From the sequence record MT446387.1: DNA of 64,000 nucleotides; one strand, written 5' to 3'. This document shows positions 1-14,046 of the stretch, piece by piece; position 1 is the stretch's first letter; each line of letters opens with the position of its first letter. Source of the DNA: Escherichia phage TH09. The notes below the pieces were generated by a model. The model had not been told where the DNA came from and ran no database searches. It saw nothing but the letters and a program-made list of their open reading frames with translations. The translations under genes were made by a program, and so were the position numbers.

Positions 1-1494
<1,494 letters not shown>

Positions 1495-1507
1495 TTAAAA
1501 ATCCTTT

Positions 1508-1523
1508 GGGGCCTTGCGGCCCC
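1508..1523 (-). terminator. GC hairpin GGGGCC-TTGC-GGCCCC just downstream of wac
   Basis: Perfect 6-bp GC stem with 4-nt loop directly after wac stop; followed on minus strand by AAAGGAUUUUUAA and gene 13 start. U-tract not immediately adjacent. Confidence 0.35.
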
Positions 1524-1526
1524 ATG

Positions 1527-2990
1527 TTATGCTGGTGATAAAAAGGTAGAAAGTAATACCCATTCGCCGTCTTTACGAACGTAAGCTTGACCATCTTTTG
1601 GAGCTTCAGGAATATAACCTGCTTCTTGTAGAGCTTGAACATCGCCTTGCAGAGAAGATATACTACCTTTGGCTGTATTCACTTCTTGTGTAACTGATGC
1701 AATGTTGGTTTCGTTAGCTTTTATTGAATTGGTTAATCCACGTTCTTCGACAGTTGAACCGTTTGGATTAGTTCCATTTACTAAAGTATTTAATGCTACA
1801 ACTTGCCCTTTAATTCCTGTGCTGTTATTACCAATCTCTACTTGTAGGTTTTGAACATCGTTGTTCAAGCTTGAAACAGAAGTTTCAATTGTAGAAACTC
1901 GGTTTAAAAGAGACCCAGGAGGAGAAGGTTGTCCACCGCTAGAATCAGTTCCAACAATTTGGTTTAACCACGAAACATTCGCTCTTAAACCAGATGAAGT
2001 GTTTTCACCGACGATTCCATTTAAAGATTCGATTGAAGTTGTATTATCTTTGATTTGGCCTTTAATACTCGAAGGAATATCATCTGAACCAATAGAAGTT
2101 TCAATAACGGTTAAACGCTGTTTAATACCTCCACTTTGATTTAGCTCTAAATTAATAGATGCAATACTATCAGTGTTTGTATTAACACTCGTAATAATCG
2201 AATTATTTCCTGGATATCCTATTGAGGTCTTAATAGCACTAATGTCAGACTCAACTGTTGTCTGTTTAGTGTCAATTTCATTTAAGCGGCTGTAAACGTT
2301 TTGTGAAAATGACGGTGGTTTAGGTCCAAGCTCTTCACGGAGATTACCAACTTCAATAGTTAAAGAACCTACATCAGATTCAATAAATTTTGTTTCTAAT
2401 TCGCTTAAACGTATTCCCTGTGAAGTGATGACATCAGTATTATTAATAATGCGATGCTTCATTCCTGTGCTAGGATTTCCTACAACAGGAAGACCATTAA
2501 TATCTTGGCCTGTGTATTGTCCAAGTTCACGCTTTATCCACAGTAAATCATTTCTGATCGTTCTGTATACAGAGTTGGCCTCGGAGTTAAATGGACCAAT
2601 ATCAGCAAGAATGCTGTCAACCGTACTATTAGTCCCATTTAATATTTCTGTATGTTCACTGGTTAGCGTTTTAAGGTCAGAAATATCCTTTTTATTGATA
2701 CTTATTTGGGCCAAAGCTTCAATATCACCAGATACATCTAAGATGCCCTGAATTGTTTTAATATCACTATTTGCGGTTTCTAAAGATGTTTTAAGTATTC
2801 CGATGTTTTTATCAAGAACTTCAACATTTCTTAGTACAGAAACTGTAGGTCTATTCATTGAGCCTTCACTTCCATATTGTGTGTCAGCTCCTAATATTTC
2901 TTCGCCGTTTTTAATCCAGGAAATGCGGCTCTGGCCCTCTGCAGGAGGGCCGTCAACGAATGGTAAGTCATTCAGTACAATATCTGTCAT
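1527..2990 (-). CDS. wac: fibritin (whisker antigen control protein)
   Basis: 487-aa ORF, Ser/Thr/Asn-rich heptad coiled coil ending in foldon [27 protein letters not shown]; T4 fibritin is 487 aa. Confidence 0.95.
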   Translation of the reverse strand: MTDIVLNDLPFVDGPPAEGQSRISWIKNGEEILGADTQYGSEGSMNRPTVSVLRNVEVLDKNIGILKTSLETANSDIKTIQGILDVSGDIEALAQISINKKDISDLKTLTSEHTEILNGTNSTVDSILADIGPFNSEANSVYRTIRNDLLWIKRELGQYTGQDINGLPVVGNPSTGMKHRIINNTDVITSQGIRLSELETKFIESDVGSLTIEVGNLREELGPKPPSFSQNVYSRLNEIDTKQTTVESDISAIKTSIGYPGNNSIITSVNTNTDSIASINLELNQSGGIKQRLTVIETSIGSDDIPSSIKGQIKDNTTSIESLNGIVGENTSSGLRANVSWLNQIVGTDSSGGQPSPPGSLLNRVSTIETSVSSLNNDVQNLQVEIGNNSTGIKGQVVALNTLVNGTNPNGSTVEERGLTNSIKANETNIASVTQEVNTAKGSISSLQGDVQALQEAGYIPEAPKDGQAYVRKDGEWVLLSTFLSPA

Positions 2991-4570
2991 TCTTTTACCT
3001 TAATTATGTAGTTTAAAGAAATGTTCCATGGACGTGTTTCATTTCCAATTAATTCAGGACGATTTAGTGTATATTTGGAATTTCGTTGTGATGCTGGGTC
3101 AATTTCATATCCGTCATTGGTGAAATATGAACGGTTATCCCAGTCAAGTCCTTTACGTGTACCAACAAAATTTGATCTACGGGTATTACCGAATGCTCCA
3201 GAATCATCATGCTCACCGAATCCGCCAGCGTGTTTATGATAAGACATCTGCTGTTTTTGCACTTCGCCAACATATCCACCAGTACAACCTACACCTAATC
3301 TAGGCTTACCAAATTGGTCATTACCATTAACATTTGGATTTGTTAAGTGAGAGCCACGACCAGAGCCACGAACAAAAAGACCACGCATATCAGGTAATCC
3401 AGGATTTGATGAGCTTCCGCCGTATCTTGTTCCAATTCTAGAAGCATATAATGGACAATCTGATGCTGAAACAGTTCCGCCATGACAGAAGCGCCAAGCA
3501 TCACTAGGAAGGCTATCAGCCGCCCACATCATAATAGCTCCGACAGGAATAGTTCTATCTATTTCATTCTGCGTTACAACACGCTTACCCTGAATATAAC
3601 CACCGGTCATGTTAACTGTTCCGGTAATATTTGCTCCGCCTGAAGCTATTGTGAGCGTATTATTAATGCGAAGTGTTCCATTAATCGTTTGACCACCTCT
3701 TTGATGGATAACGTCAGCATTCCAAGCTAGTGCTGATGAAGCATCACCTCCACTCTGTGAGCCGGCGGTTGTAGTTAATTTAACTACGCCTCTCATTGAC
3801 GTTGTAGAACCACGACCATTAAGAGTTGCGCCAGTAACCGCAACAGAAGCATTATTCGAGTTAACTTCTGATTGTGTTCCTAATTTAATTACGCCTTTAT
3901 ATTCTTCAGTAGCAGTAGAATTCATTAGCGTATAAGGAGAAATTGCATAGCCTTCTCTTAAGGTTCCTTGACGAACTTGAGCTACTGTCGCTAATTGAAC
4001 AACACCTTGGTCCGATTCGGTAGCTGTGGTTTCAGAAGGAGCGATTTGCGCAATTAGTTTAATAGCTAACTGCTGCGTTTTTAACGGAGTCATCGCAGTA
4101 GTATCATCTGCGCCAGCTAATGCTTGCGGTAGAGATGAAATTTTAATAACTCCATTTGATGATTCAGTTGAAACTCGTGTTTCAAATGCATTATTAAGGG
4201 CAACAGTAAATTTAGCAGGAGTTATAGAAGATTCATTATTAACTCCAGCAATCGCTTCATCATCTGTTGAATATCTTGTTAATCCGTAAACAGTTTCAGT
4301 TGCGTTTGGATAAGATAATCTTGTTGCCAACGTTGCGGGTGTAACTGCTTTGGTATTATCAGTTCCGTCGATAACTTCCTGTTCAGTGGCAAGAAATAAA
4401 ATTCCTTTTGTTGTTGATGATGCATCAGGAACTCCATTTACACCAGCAGGAGAAATGGCTGCTATAGCAGCCTGAACATCAGTAATCTCTGCCGGAAAAT
4501 TTGTACCAGTTGGATCAAATTTTACATAGCGAGATTCATTAGAAACGTGTTGATATGTATTATTACTCAT
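2987..4570 (-). CDS. 12: short tail fiber protein gp12
   Basis: 527-aa ORF, same length as T4 gp12; ATGA overlap with wac; position between 11 and wac. Confidence 0.92.
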   Translation of the reverse strand: MSNNTYQHVSNESRYVKFDPTGTNFPAEITDVQAAIAAISPAGVNGVPDASSTTKGILFLATEQEVIDGTDNTKAVTPATLATRLSYPNATETVYGLTRYSTDDEAIAGVNNESSITPAKFTVALNNAFETRVSTESSNGVIKISSLPQALAGADDTTAMTPLKTQQLAIKLIAQIAPSETTATESDQGVVQLATVAQVRQGTLREGYAISPYTLMNSTATEEYKGVIKLGTQSEVNSNNASVAVTGATLNGRGSTTSMRGVVKLTTTAGSQSGGDASSALAWNADVIHQRGGQTINGTLRINNTLTIASGGANITGTVNMTGGYIQGKRVVTQNEIDRTIPVGAIMMWAADSLPSDAWRFCHGGTVSASDCPLYASRIGTRYGGSSSNPGLPDMRGLFVRGSGRGSHLTNPNVNGNDQFGKPRLGVGCTGGYVGEVQKQQMSYHKHAGGFGEHDDSGAFGNTRRSNFVGTRKGLDWDNRSYFTNDGYEIDPASQRNSKYTLNRPELIGNETRPWNISLNYIIKVKE

Positions 4571-5226
4571 GCTGTTCTCTCAAAATGATAAAGTACTATT
4601 GGAGTTTGCTGATTATCTAAAGTTACAGTTTGTGCACCAAGCAAATTCCATGTGCCATATCCAGGCTTAGATTCTGAAATAATTTCTTGGGAAATAGTTA
4701 TTCCATATGTGGAATATGTGCTTAATACATGTTTCTGATTATCTAAATAAGTAACTTCTAATTTACTACCATCGGTTGGATGGTCTTTATATGAATTGAT
4801 AGCAGTAAATGACGCAATAGCTTCTTGCAGCGCAACACGAACTTTGGCGACAAACTCAATAGCTGTCATTCCGGTTGTTGCTGAAACTGGAAGACCGAAT
4901 ACTAATACAGTAACAGGAGAACCAGGAGGAAGCGAATCATCTGTTACAGTTCCCGAAAACGCCCAATAATCAGTTTGAGAAACACCCTCAGGAGAAACAC
5001 CAGTTTTATTAGTAATAATTGTACCAACGTCTTTTATAGAAAAATTATGAACATCATTAATAGCTGATTCTACGTTTGGTTCATAAAATCCTTTCGCTAG
5101 TTGAGAAATTGTCACTGACCCAACTGATTGACGATTCATTACATCGATGTCGCCAGTTTTAGGTCTAAAACCAAGAAAATCGGCTAAGCGGGAAATAACT
5201 CCCGCTTTATTATTAAGTAAACTCAT
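4567..5226 (-). CDS. 11: baseplate wedge protein gp11 (short tail fiber attachment)
   Basis: ORF track gives 225 aa from an upstream ATG; ATG at 5226 (MSLLNNK...) gives 219 aa as in T4 and overlaps gene 10 stop (TAATG). Confidence 0.85.
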   Translation of the reverse strand: MSLLNNKAGVISRLADFLGFRPKTGDIDVMNRQSVGSVTISQLAKGFYEPNVESAINDVHNFSIKDVGTIITNKTGVSPEGVSQTDYWAFSGTVTDDSLPPGSPVTVLVFGLPVSATTGMTAIEFVAKVRVALQEAIASFTAINSYKDHPTDGSKLEVTYLDNQKHVLSTYSTYGITISQEIISESKPGYGTWNLLGAQTVTLDNQQTPIVLYHFERTA

Positions 5227-7034
5227 TATGCAATCCTTATCCAACGATAAACTGTAATATATGGTTGAATGTTAGTTATTGATGTTGGCGGAGTGTGAGT
5301 AGAGTTAGTAGATGCTTTAGCTTCACGGTATTTCGTGTAAACTGGACCAGATTCATCTGGATCGTATTGACATCCACCAACAATGACTGATCCATTTTCA
5401 TCAACTATTAGAACTTCTTCATCTGTTTCAGTTGCAGGAAGATTAGCATTTTCCAATGTAACAGAAGTAGAACCACCTGTTCCGCCCGCAGTATGTGAAG
5501 GATTTCCACCCGAATCTAAATCGTTGTTATTTAGAGCAAAGTTAGGGTCCGAAATATCTTCATTCCATCCAACTAAAACTTTTCCTTGCCCAAATAATTT
5601 CCATGAGCCGAATCCCATATATGTAACAGGGTTATTTGGATTAACAGCGTTTTCATATATAGTTCCAATAGGATAAATCGTATCAAAGATATTTGAAACA
5701 GCATTAAATTCACGTTGATAAGATTGAACTGCTTCTACATTTGGCCAACCAATTTTATCGAAGTCTGTTAAATTTACATCACCGGAAATATCTACTCCTG
5801 GTCCTTGCGATACATAGAGATTATCAGTTTCATCAATAATCTCGTCTTTTGTTAATAATGTACCTAAATCATTATTAAACCAGGTGATATTGATAATGTC
5901 GCCATGCTCAAATACTCTATCGAAATGTAAAATTTCCGGTATGCCGTTTTCATCAGTTTCAACTGAATAGTCGGTATGAGACTGTTCCCAAGTTCCACCT
6001 AAAACAGAGCATTCTACTTCATCGTCTGAATCGGCACCGACACAATGAAATAATGGCATTCCAACTGTTCCAGCCAATTCTTGTAAAATTCCATTAAAAC
6101 GGACCTCAAGAGAATTAGGATTAATAGGTTCACCTGGAATTAATCCAAAAGCTGAAAACGGAATTGATTTCATTGTTGATAAATCAGTAACGTAAATGCT
6201 TCCTTCTAAAGAAGTCTTTGACGTTAATTTTGAATCTAACAGTCTAATTTGGCGTCTTGTATATGAACTTCTCCATTGTGATACGCCATCCATAAATGTT
6301 TCAATTTGAACAGTATCACCAATATTACAAGGCTGTCTTAATCGAATATTAAATCCATCAAGAGGAACTAATTCACCTTCGCTTTCGCCCGGAGAGCCAA
6401 AATCGCTGTTTTCACTAAATACATCGCCGTAATACAATTCGTTACCACGATGTTTTACTCTGATGTTATTTACATTATAACTAGTTCCACGGAAAACATC
6501 TAAAAAGTCTGTTTGTCCTTGGACTTCGACTAAAAATTCTTTACGAGCTACATTACTAATGTCTGAACTGGTAATTTTGTCAATTTGCTTATTTTTGACA
6601 TATTCCCAACGTCCTGGGGCGCAATACACTAATTCTAAATCGCTGAATTGAACATTAATTTCAACTGGTACTGCAGACCCTTTAATTGTATCGCCGGAAG
6701 CAGCTACTAATGTAACTGGGTTGACGTTCCATGTAGCAAATACGTCTCTAGCTCTAATTACCTTGTTGTAATCATTGACAGTTCCTTTTGGAAGATTTAT
6801 AGTCACTCTTCCAGAAGAGGTATTAATAGCGTATGATTTTCCCCATTCGGCTTTTAGTGTTTGACCAGATGAAGCATCATAAGTTTTCCAGGCACCGGCT
6901 GAATATGGAACATCTCCATCACCGAGCTCATAATAAAGCTCATCAAAGTTTTCATTTATTTTTATACCACCTTTACGCAGGTAGTCACCGGTACCATCAT
7001 CAACAACATTACCGATATTAATATTTTGTTTCAT
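5226..7034 (-). CDS. 10: baseplate wedge protein gp10
   Basis: 602-aa ORF, length and order consistent with T4 gp10. Confidence 0.92.
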   Translation of the reverse strand: MKQNINIGNVVDDGTGDYLRKGGIKINENFDELYYELGDGDVPYSAGAWKTYDASSGQTLKAEWGKSYAINTSSGRVTINLPKGTVNDYNKVIRARDVFATWNVNPVTLVAASGDTIKGSAVPVEINVQFSDLELVYCAPGRWEYVKNKQIDKITSSDISNVARKEFLVEVQGQTDFLDVFRGTSYNVNNIRVKHRGNELYYGDVFSENSDFGSPGESEGELVPLDGFNIRLRQPCNIGDTVQIETFMDGVSQWRSSYTRRQIRLLDSKLTSKTSLEGSIYVTDLSTMKSIPFSAFGLIPGEPINPNSLEVRFNGILQELAGTVGMPLFHCVGADSDDEVECSVLGGTWEQSHTDYSVETDENGIPEILHFDRVFEHGDIINITWFNNDLGTLLTKDEIIDETDNLYVSQGPGVDISGDVNLTDFDKIGWPNVEAVQSYQREFNAVSNIFDTIYPIGTIYENAVNPNNPVTYMGFGSWKLFGQGKVLVGWNEDISDPNFALNNNDLDSGGNPSHTAGGTGGSTSVTLENANLPATETDEEVLIVDENGSVIVGGCQYDPDESGPVYTKYREAKASTNSTHTPPTSITNIQPYITVYRWIRIA

Positions 7035-7900
7035 TATTGAGCCACCCCGATTTTCTGCGTAGCGATAACTTTAACTGCTGCTCTCATACCGACAGTTGAA
7101 GAACTTATAGTCGCCGTTACATAATTTTCTTTAATACTAAATGCAATGTTAGCGATTTCGTCTTCTTCGGTTTCATTCCCAACTCGCATGACAGCATATT
7201 CAGAAGAAATGACCTCTGAATTAACAGTATCCACAAGAATATTTATTTCTGCTGTTTTAATTTTTCTTCCATCTACTGATTGGCATGTAACTAGCAATTT
7301 AGCCATATTGTATTCAGTGCGATGAAATAGTGGAATATCAACTGATCCGGATGTAGAAATATTCCATGTACCTTCAGCTGGTGATTCCTTTTGGCCAAAC
7401 ATACTTTCAATAGAATAATTCCACACCGATGTAGAATTATCAGATGAAATACAACGTAAAGTAACTTTACTATATGGGCTAGTTACTACTAAATTACCTG
7501 AAACACCTTTAATTGAATCAATCGCTTGAATCGTTAAAGGATTAGTAACTGATATAGATCCATTTGAGTTAATAAATTCAACACAATCACCAAGTTCGCC
7601 TCTTTCAATGATAACTTTAACACCTACAGTAGAGGTATCAATATCATGCCTAGTGCCAACTTTTACTGGAGTTGCGTACTCTGCAATAGAGTGTTTTTGA
7701 TAATATCCAGTAGCATGGATAATTTGGCCATCTGCTCCAGTTCCATTTGCTACTGCCATTTTACGTTGATCGCCAAACGCATTATAAATTGCGTTAAAAT
7801 CACTATTAATTTTATTACCACCGTCGAATAAGATATCACCAGTAGAAGCGTTACCAATTTCGCCGGTATCAATCAATTTCTTTGGTTCTTGAATGAACAT
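7034..7900 (-). CDS. 9: baseplate wedge protein gp9 (long tail fiber socket)
   Basis: 288-aa ORF, length and position consistent with T4 gp9; preceded by late promoter. Confidence 0.92.
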   Translation of the reverse strand: MFIQEPKKLIDTGEIGNASTGDILFDGGNKINSDFNAIYNAFGDQRKMAVANGTGADGQIIHATGYYQKHSIAEYATPVKVGTRHDIDTSTVGVKVIIERGELGDCVEFINSNGSISVTNPLTIQAIDSIKGVSGNLVVTSPYSKVTLRCISSDNSTSVWNYSIESMFGQKESPAEGTWNISTSGSVDIPLFHRTEYNMAKLLVTCQSVDGRKIKTAEINILVDTVNSEVISSEYAVMRVGNETEEDEIANIAFSIKENYVTATISSSTVGMRAAVKVIATQKIGVAQ

Positions 7901-7924
7901 AGCGGTTTCCTTATGAGTTTATAG

Positions 7925-7932
7925 TATTTATA
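7925..7932 (-). promoter_or_regulatory. late promoter TATAAATA for gene 9
   Basis: Reverse complement of TATTTATA at 7925-7932 = TATAAATA, about 25 nt upstream of gene 9 ATG (7900). Confidence 0.7.
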
Positions 7933-7958
7933 AAGAAAAAGGGAGCCCATGGGCTCCC
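7933..7958 (-). terminator. rho-independent terminator after gene 8
   Basis: Palindrome GGGAGCCC-AT-GGGCTCCC (7941-7958) followed on minus strand by UUUUUCUUUA. Confidence 0.7.
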
Positions 7959-7963
7959 TTAAG

Positions 7964-8968
7964 TTAAAATGTAAACAGAATATTGATTTCTTCTGTTTGA
8001 TCCATTGCCATGATAATAGGTGGCCTATTTTCCATATAAATCATTTCGCCCGAATGCCTCATTAAATCTTCCGGATCATAATAATCCTTTTCAGCTTTAA
8101 CGTTTGGGTCATTTGGATGAGCTTTAGCTTCAAGAGGATTCGTGATTATTGATATTTGTCTAAATCCTTTATTTCCCGGCAATGCAGCTTCTGGAAAATA
8201 AACTGAATCTAAATATGCTTTAAAACGGATAGTATTTGCCTTAACACGGTAAATTAATCCAAAATCATCTTGTTGCCAAGTGAGATTATCTTCATACCCC
8301 CATCTAGCCGGGTCTTCTTTTAATTCCTCAGGCCAAGGAACCACGATATATTCATTCGTGCATCTATTTATAGATACATCAGGCGGAATCTCAAAAAGAT
8401 ATTCCCAAACATATCCGTCTCCTGGTTCGATTGTTCCTTCCGCGTCTCCTCGACCTTCAGGAGGAGTCATTGACCTAACAGAAGGAGTCCATTTTCCACC
8501 TAACTTAAGGCATTCATCTTTATCAGTTAAAGATGCTATTGAACACATTCCTGTGTCAGGAACATCTAAACAGCGATATACTAACCAGCCTGCGCCTGAT
8601 TCAGTAGCATTGTAAGGAGCTGAGTTACACACTACAATATCGTTAATTCTAAATGTATATGGATCCGGATATCTAGTATCTCCCCAATCTCTACGAGGAA
8701 TAACTGCATCAAGCATAGATGGAAGAACCTTTACGGTTCCCATCATATGCGTCCACATGTCAGTTACGCCTAATACAGAATCAGTTGGATAAGGTGGAGC
8801 AAAGCCCACCTCATTTTCATTTGATGACCACGGTTCTGATCTTCCAAATGTGATAAAGATAGTGTTTTTATCCGGACCACTTCCAATTGAATTATAAAAA
8901 TTCAACATTTTTTCTGTTCTAAATTTTGAAGTAACTATCGCACGATAGATAACACTTGAATCATTCAT
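7964..8968 (-). CDS. 8: baseplate wedge protein gp8
   Basis: 334-aa ORF, length and order consistent with T4 gp8; overlaps gene 7 stop. Confidence 0.92.
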   Translation of the reverse strand: MNDSSVIYRAIVTSKFRTEKMLNFYNSIGSGPDKNTIFITFGRSEPWSSNENEVGFAPPYPTDSVLGVTDMWTHMMGTVKVLPSMLDAVIPRRDWGDTRYPDPYTFRINDIVVCNSAPYNATESGAGWLVYRCLDVPDTGMCSIASLTDKDECLKLGGKWTPSVRSMTPPEGRGDAEGTIEPGDGYVWEYLFEIPPDVSINRCTNEYIVVPWPEELKEDPARWGYEDNLTWQQDDFGLIYRVKANTIRFKAYLDSVYFPEAALPGNKGFRQISIITNPLEAKAHPNDPNVKAEKDYYDPEDLMRHSGEMIYMENRPPIIMAMDQTEEINILFTF

Positions 8969-11900
8969 CTATTTTAACCTGTGTTGGATTTTCAGGGTCT
9001 CTTGGATTTCCTATATTATCTTTTAGACGTTTATTAACTAAATCTCTAAATTGCGCAAATGTTGTTCCAGATGCGTCAAATAGAGGACTCATTAATTTAC
9101 GTCGTTCAGACGGCAATTGACCTTGAAATATTGAATTGTTATTTTCAGCATTATAGTCATCAGGAAGAGGATATTCTACACCAGCCATTGGGCCAGGCTC
9201 ATAAATTGCTTCGCCTGTTACCGAATCATGCTCAATTTCACCAGTTGGAGTCAATTTAGCTACTCTATCAGCATATTCAGTAGGCAATCCAGAATCCCAT
9301 TTATAGTTTTTGTATTTATTAATTATAGTCTCTGTGTGTTTAAGAGTTAAACCAACATTAATAAACATCGTTAAAAGGGTAATTGCTATAAATCCAAATC
9401 CTACTGGATGAACAAAACGAATAACGTCAGATTTCCAACGAGAAGAAGGTAAATTGGATTTAATTTTCATTACATAATATGATCGACTTCTATTAATATA
9501 GTCTATATTATTTTGAAGCAAATCCTTTCCTTTAACCCCACGAATAATTTCGCCTTCAAAACTAGGAAGTCTTTCTGCTTTAACTTCTTGGCCAGCAATT
9601 AATCGTCCCAAAAGATTATGAATAGTTACGGTCCATTGCAATTTACCATTAGAATAGCTTCTTTCTATATAAGTAACATTACATCTTCCTGTAGCTGTAT
9701 AAATCGTTTGTCCTACTAAGTCTTCAGTCAAAGAATCAGATTGAACGATTATATCATATTCAGTACCAGCCCCAGATTCAATTTCAATTTCAACTTCTTC
9801 ATTATAAAGAACTTTAAAAAGAAACTTGTATGATGCTTCAATTCCTTTAGTAGAATAAAAATCATAGCTACGTGATTCAAAGAATCTCGCAACAGCATCG
9901 CGTTTATCAGCATTTAAATAAATGTTTCTTTTATATATCTCTGACCACAAATATTCCCATGCATGCTCTTCTCGTGGATATTTGTTACGAATTAAATTTC
10001 GTAAATTGTTATACTGAGTTCCATATCCATCAGAAAGATACTGAATATATGCTTCGCAAAATGCCTCAAAATTCGAATCCTGCAACAAATAAGAATCAGG
10101 CATCATTGTGCCAATCAATGGTCTTAAATCAGGGTCAGCCAATCCACGCTCTTCTTCAGGCGACCAAGGAGTTTCATGCTCTTGGTTTTGTAAAAATGCT
10201 TTTAAAAATACTTCAGTTGGCTTCCAAATAATTTCTACTGTATCTCTCACGCGATAGTTAAAATCATAGTAAGAAATTATTTCACCAGAGGCTTTATAGA
10301 AAAGCATCCCAGATGCATATTTTTTAAATCCAGTGAATTTAACATTTGGCATTACTATAGTACAATCGCCATCATCCCAGTATTCATGAACTAATCTATC
10401 TGGTGATGTTTCCGGAATATTTTCTATAACTTTAGTGTATTTTAAATCAGCATAAACTACTACAACCCTATCGGAGTTGTTTATCCAACAGCGTGTGTTA
10501 GATTTTTTAGACCAGTTAAAGAACGGTTCTGCGTAGTATTTCATTGGTTGAGGAGTAAAAGTCTCCCAATCAGATGTTTCATCCGCTATAAATGCCATCA
10601 TATGATAATGCTTATCAGCTAACCATTCACGAGGAAATTCATATTTAACAGCGCCAATTAACTGATATTTTGCTGCAGTTTCAGGGTCATTAACAACATT
10701 ATCACTTAAAAATTTAAAATTACTCGAAGACAGAGAAACTAATTTACCGTCAGTTGACATATTCGCATATCCGGGTTGAATACGTCTTCTTTCTTCTTCG
10801 GTATTACCAAAAACTCTTTTCCATGTTTTTTCGTCATGATTTAAAACATATATTCCTTTATCAGCAGAATCAATTATTTTTGAAGTTCTCGGATTAGCAT
10901 TTAATGTTTCAACTTCACCAATAATAAGAGCAAAAACTTTATCACCAATAGAATCCATTTTATAGCATACTGCTTTAGGATTTCCGGTTATAGTCATTGT
11001 ATCAGGTTCAAAAAGCCTTTCCGAATATGTTGGAGATAATGGATCAGAATCTATAGGTGCATTACTCGTTTTTATGTATCTAACTTTGTCTCTGGCAACA
11101 ACGTAAATGTAATCATCGGTGCAAGTAATAGCTTCTGCAATACGATATACATTCGCTGGTAAAGTCGCGTAAGTGGCAAAAATTTCTACATCAAATCCTA
11201 AATGTAATTGGTCGCCAAGTTTAGCGAATGTTATATCCTGAGAACTAAATCTGACATCGTCAGCTGACCATCTAACATCAGTCGATTTGCGGCCATAGAA
11301 AATCTTGTCGTATCCTAGAACGTATGTTGTGTTCGCAGATTGGTAATATACTGTCTTAGATAAAGGATATCCTACGTGGTCATTGAAGAGCTTTACAGCT
11401 TTCCAAGTTTGTCCTTTATCATTGGATACTTTAACTACAGGTTGATAACGCTCAAAAAGGTATAAAATCCCTTCTGATTCCATCAAATAAACTCGGTTAA
11501 TATCCTTACATACTTGCTGAATAGAACCTTGTATTTCATGATATTCATTTTCACCAATAATAAAATTACTTATTGATGAAACGTCAACATATGATGGGCT
11601 GAATTGGAACGATTCATTCATCAATGCAGCCATTATAGTGTCATTATTAAAATTAACATAGTTAGAATTATTAAGAGTAAATTTTTCCTGAATGAATTTA
11701 TTAGCTAATTGCATTTCAATCATGTTTTGAAATGTATAAGCATTTGTAGCAAAAGTTTCAAACTCTTCGGTATAAATCCAATCAGACTGCTCAAAATCTT
11801 GTGCAGCTGTAGCTACTCTGATAATGTATGATGTCAATGGGTCAGCATCATCAAAAAAGAAGCTGTTATTTGCAGTATATCCTAAGTTAATCCATCTGTA

Positions 11901-12059
11901 TTGATTACTCGGGAGATTTTCCCCCGAGTTTGTTTTTGTCTCAGCGATTTCTACAAAATAGTAGAAATTAACACCAACGTCATCCCAGCGTACTTGCACC
12001 TGATTTGCGGATAACTTGGAAATTCTGAGACTAGTGACTGAAGGTGCTTTTACTGTCAT
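8961..12059 (-). CDS. 7: baseplate wedge protein gp7
   Basis: 1032-aa ORF, same length as T4 gp7; ATGA overlap with gene 6. Confidence 0.93.
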   Translation of the reverse strand: MTVKAPSVTSLRISKLSANQVQVRWDDVGVNFYYFVEIAETKTNSGENLPSNQYRWINLGYTANNSFFFDDADPLTSYIIRVATAAQDFEQSDWIYTEEFETFATNAYTFQNMIEMQLANKFIQEKFTLNNSNYVNFNNDTIMAALMNESFQFSPSYVDVSSISNFIIGENEYHEIQGSIQQVCKDINRVYLMESEGILYLFERYQPVVKVSNDKGQTWKAVKLFNDHVGYPLSKTVYYQSANTTYVLGYDKIFYGRKSTDVRWSADDVRFSSQDITFAKLGDQLHLGFDVEIFATYATLPANVYRIAEAITCTDDYIYVVARDKVRYIKTSNAPIDSDPLSPTYSERLFEPDTMTITGNPKAVCYKMDSIGDKVFALIIGEVETLNANPRTSKIIDSADKGIYVLNHDEKTWKRVFGNTEEERRRIQPGYANMSTDGKLVSLSSSNFKFLSDNVVNDPETAAKYQLIGAVKYEFPREWLADKHYHMMAFIADETSDWETFTPQPMKYYAEPFFNWSKKSNTRCWINNSDRVVVVYADLKYTKVIENIPETSPDRLVHEYWDDGDCTIVMPNVKFTGFKKYASGMLFYKASGEIISYYDFNYRVRDTVEIIWKPTEVFLKAFLQNQEHETPWSPEEERGLADPDLRPLIGTMMPDSYLLQDSNFEAFCEAYIQYLSDGYGTQYNNLRNLIRNKYPREEHAWEYLWSEIYKRNIYLNADKRDAVARFFESRSYDFYSTKGIEASYKFLFKVLYNEEVEIEIESGAGTEYDIIVQSDSLTEDLVGQTIYTATGRCNVTYIERSYSNGKLQWTVTIHNLLGRLIAGQEVKAERLPSFEGEIIRGVKGKDLLQNNIDYINRSRSYYVMKIKSNLPSSRWKSDVIRFVHPVGFGFIAITLLTMFINVGLTLKHTETIINKYKNYKWDSGLPTEYADRVAKLTPTGEIEHDSVTGEAIYEPGPMAGVEYPLPDDYNAENNNSIFQGQLPSERRKLMSPLFDASGTTFAQFRDLVNKRLKDNIGNPRDPENPTQVKIDE

Positions 12060-14038
12060 TGTGATATAGGCTCCAAATCGATAGTTAAGTATTGTGGACG
12101 TAAGTCATTTTCAAATACAATCAGTGAACCATCACGAGTAAAGATAACATCATCGGTTGGGTCAGAATATAATTCAATAGTCTGAACTTCAAATTTTTCA
12201 GATGTTAAATTAATTTTAGCGATATTCCAATAAATCATGTCAGCTGGATAATTTATTTCACCGATAACATAGTATTTGTCGCGTCCATCAGAATTTGCTA
12301 ATTTGTTAAAATCGTTTCCTGTATACGGCTGAATGTTTTCATTTTCTGTAACATCGCCAGAAGCAAATGGACCAATAATAACTTTACCAATTCCTTTAGA
12401 ATCTCGGTCTGTTGATACTATACGAACGTCATATAATACATCTTCTTCTAAACCAGTATCAGGATTTACAACCTTTCGTCCAGAATTAAATGAAAACGTA
12501 TTAGATTCCATAGAACGATCTTTTATTTGATTATTGTATTTAATACCCGCTTCAGGCGTTTTATAGAAGTTTTGTACTTCACGAACCATTTGAATAGTCG
12601 CTGATGAACCAATGACAGAATGATCTGCATCATCTACATATGTCAACATCTTAGATTTAGCGAAAGATGAGTTAAAAATTTCTACGTCTTCGGTATAATA
12701 ACGATCAATTTTATCAATTATTTGACCTTCAAGCCACTGTTCAGATTCTTGCAGCTTATTTAAAGCATATGTGACTTTTAAATTAGTCTTAATAAAAAGA
12801 TAATTAGGAGAAATAATTGATGGTGTAATAGGTGCTAAATTATAATCTTTGAGATAATTTTTAATATCTTCACGCTGCACAGTAGTTAAATACAATCCTG
12901 ATTTAGGTTTAGCAGCAATAAATGCATAACCAGGTTTAGTAGAATCAGTGAAAGTCTGAACGGCTTGAATAATAGAACCAAATCTTTCTGAGACAAATGT
13001 ATCATAATCTGTCGCAGTTACGCATCGTTGCTGGGTTTCGCGTTTAATAGTACCCAATTCGCGAATACGCTCAATATCTTCTGGATCACCGCCACCATCT
13101 GCTCCAACAAAATCTGGGTCATCGTTTGGATTTTCATTAATATTGATGACAGTTATATTTGTTAATGTATCTGCGTATGAAAATCCGACTGCTCCGTTTG
13201 CGTCAGCGCCATTAGTACTGATGTACTCAATGACAATCGTAGAGTTCTGAGTAGGTTTAAGACCTCCGATATAATTAGCGGTCAAAGCTCCTTCAGAAGC
13301 ATTAACAGAAATTTCACCTTCACCAAAATAGAATTCAGTGTTTCCATCAATAGTTTCACGCATATAGTAAATCGTTGATGTTGAACCAGCATGAACCATT
13401 GACTTTCTCGTCCAGTTAATCCATTCCGCTCCATCAACATATAATTTAACCTGGTTTCTATCAATATTTTTATCATAAATGATAATAGGTGTTAATTTAT
13501 CATAAATGATTTCAGTTCTTACTATACGTCCCTGGGCCAATTTTAAACGCGGAAAATATTGGTTATTTTTATCACGAATAGCAATAACGTCTTCGGTAGA
13601 AACGAAGTTATATGGATTAACAGAAGTATCTTTTGCATATGCTAAAAAGCGAGTTCCGCGAGGAATTGTAATGTAATTCCTATTCAATGCGTCGGTGCAT
13701 GTTAACATAATTTCGGTCTGTGCAGCGGATTTTGAAGTAGGTAAATATCCGTTATCTTGTGCAGCTTGAACAACTGAACTTCGTAAGTTAGCAGTACGCA
13801 TAAAGCTTTCATACACAGCAGCATTACCAAACTGTTGAATGTACAGCGTATTATAAGCCAAAAGGTCACACAGAACGTTTAATCTTGAGCCTTCAAAATC
13901 ATAATCCAAAAATTCATTTTGGCCATTAAGCCATTCAATGAGGTTTTGTTTTATTTCAGCAAACGTACCCCCGACGAATATCTCGGGAATAGCATTTGCT
14001 GTTCTTGTTAATTGATAATTTACAGGGGTATTTGCCAT
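12056..14038 (-). CDS. 6: baseplate wedge protein gp6
   Basis: 660-aa ORF, same length as T4 gp6. Confidence 0.93.
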   Translation of the reverse strand: MANTPVNYQLTRTANAIPEIFVGGTFAEIKQNLIEWLNGQNEFLDYDFEGSRLNVLCDLLAYNTLYIQQFGNAAVYESFMRTANLRSSVVQAAQDNGYLPTSKSAAQTEIMLTCTDALNRNYITIPRGTRFLAYAKDTSVNPYNFVSTEDVIAIRDKNNQYFPRLKLAQGRIVRTEIIYDKLTPIIIYDKNIDRNQVKLYVDGAEWINWTRKSMVHAGSTSTIYYMRETIDGNTEFYFGEGEISVNASEGALTANYIGGLKPTQNSTIVIEYISTNGADANGAVGFSYADTLTNITVININENPNDDPDFVGADGGGDPEDIERIRELGTIKRETQQRCVTATDYDTFVSERFGSIIQAVQTFTDSTKPGYAFIAAKPKSGLYLTTVQREDIKNYLKDYNLAPITPSIISPNYLFIKTNLKVTYALNKLQESEQWLEGQIIDKIDRYYTEDVEIFNSSFAKSKMLTYVDDADHSVIGSSATIQMVREVQNFYKTPEAGIKYNNQIKDRSMESNTFSFNSGRKVVNPDTGLEEDVLYDVRIVSTDRDSKGIGKVIIGPFASGDVTENENIQPYTGNDFNKLANSDGRDKYYVIGEINYPADMIYWNIAKINLTSEKFEVQTIELYSDPTDDVIFTRDGSLIVFENDLRPQYLTIDLEPISQ

Positions 14039-14046
14039 TTTAAATC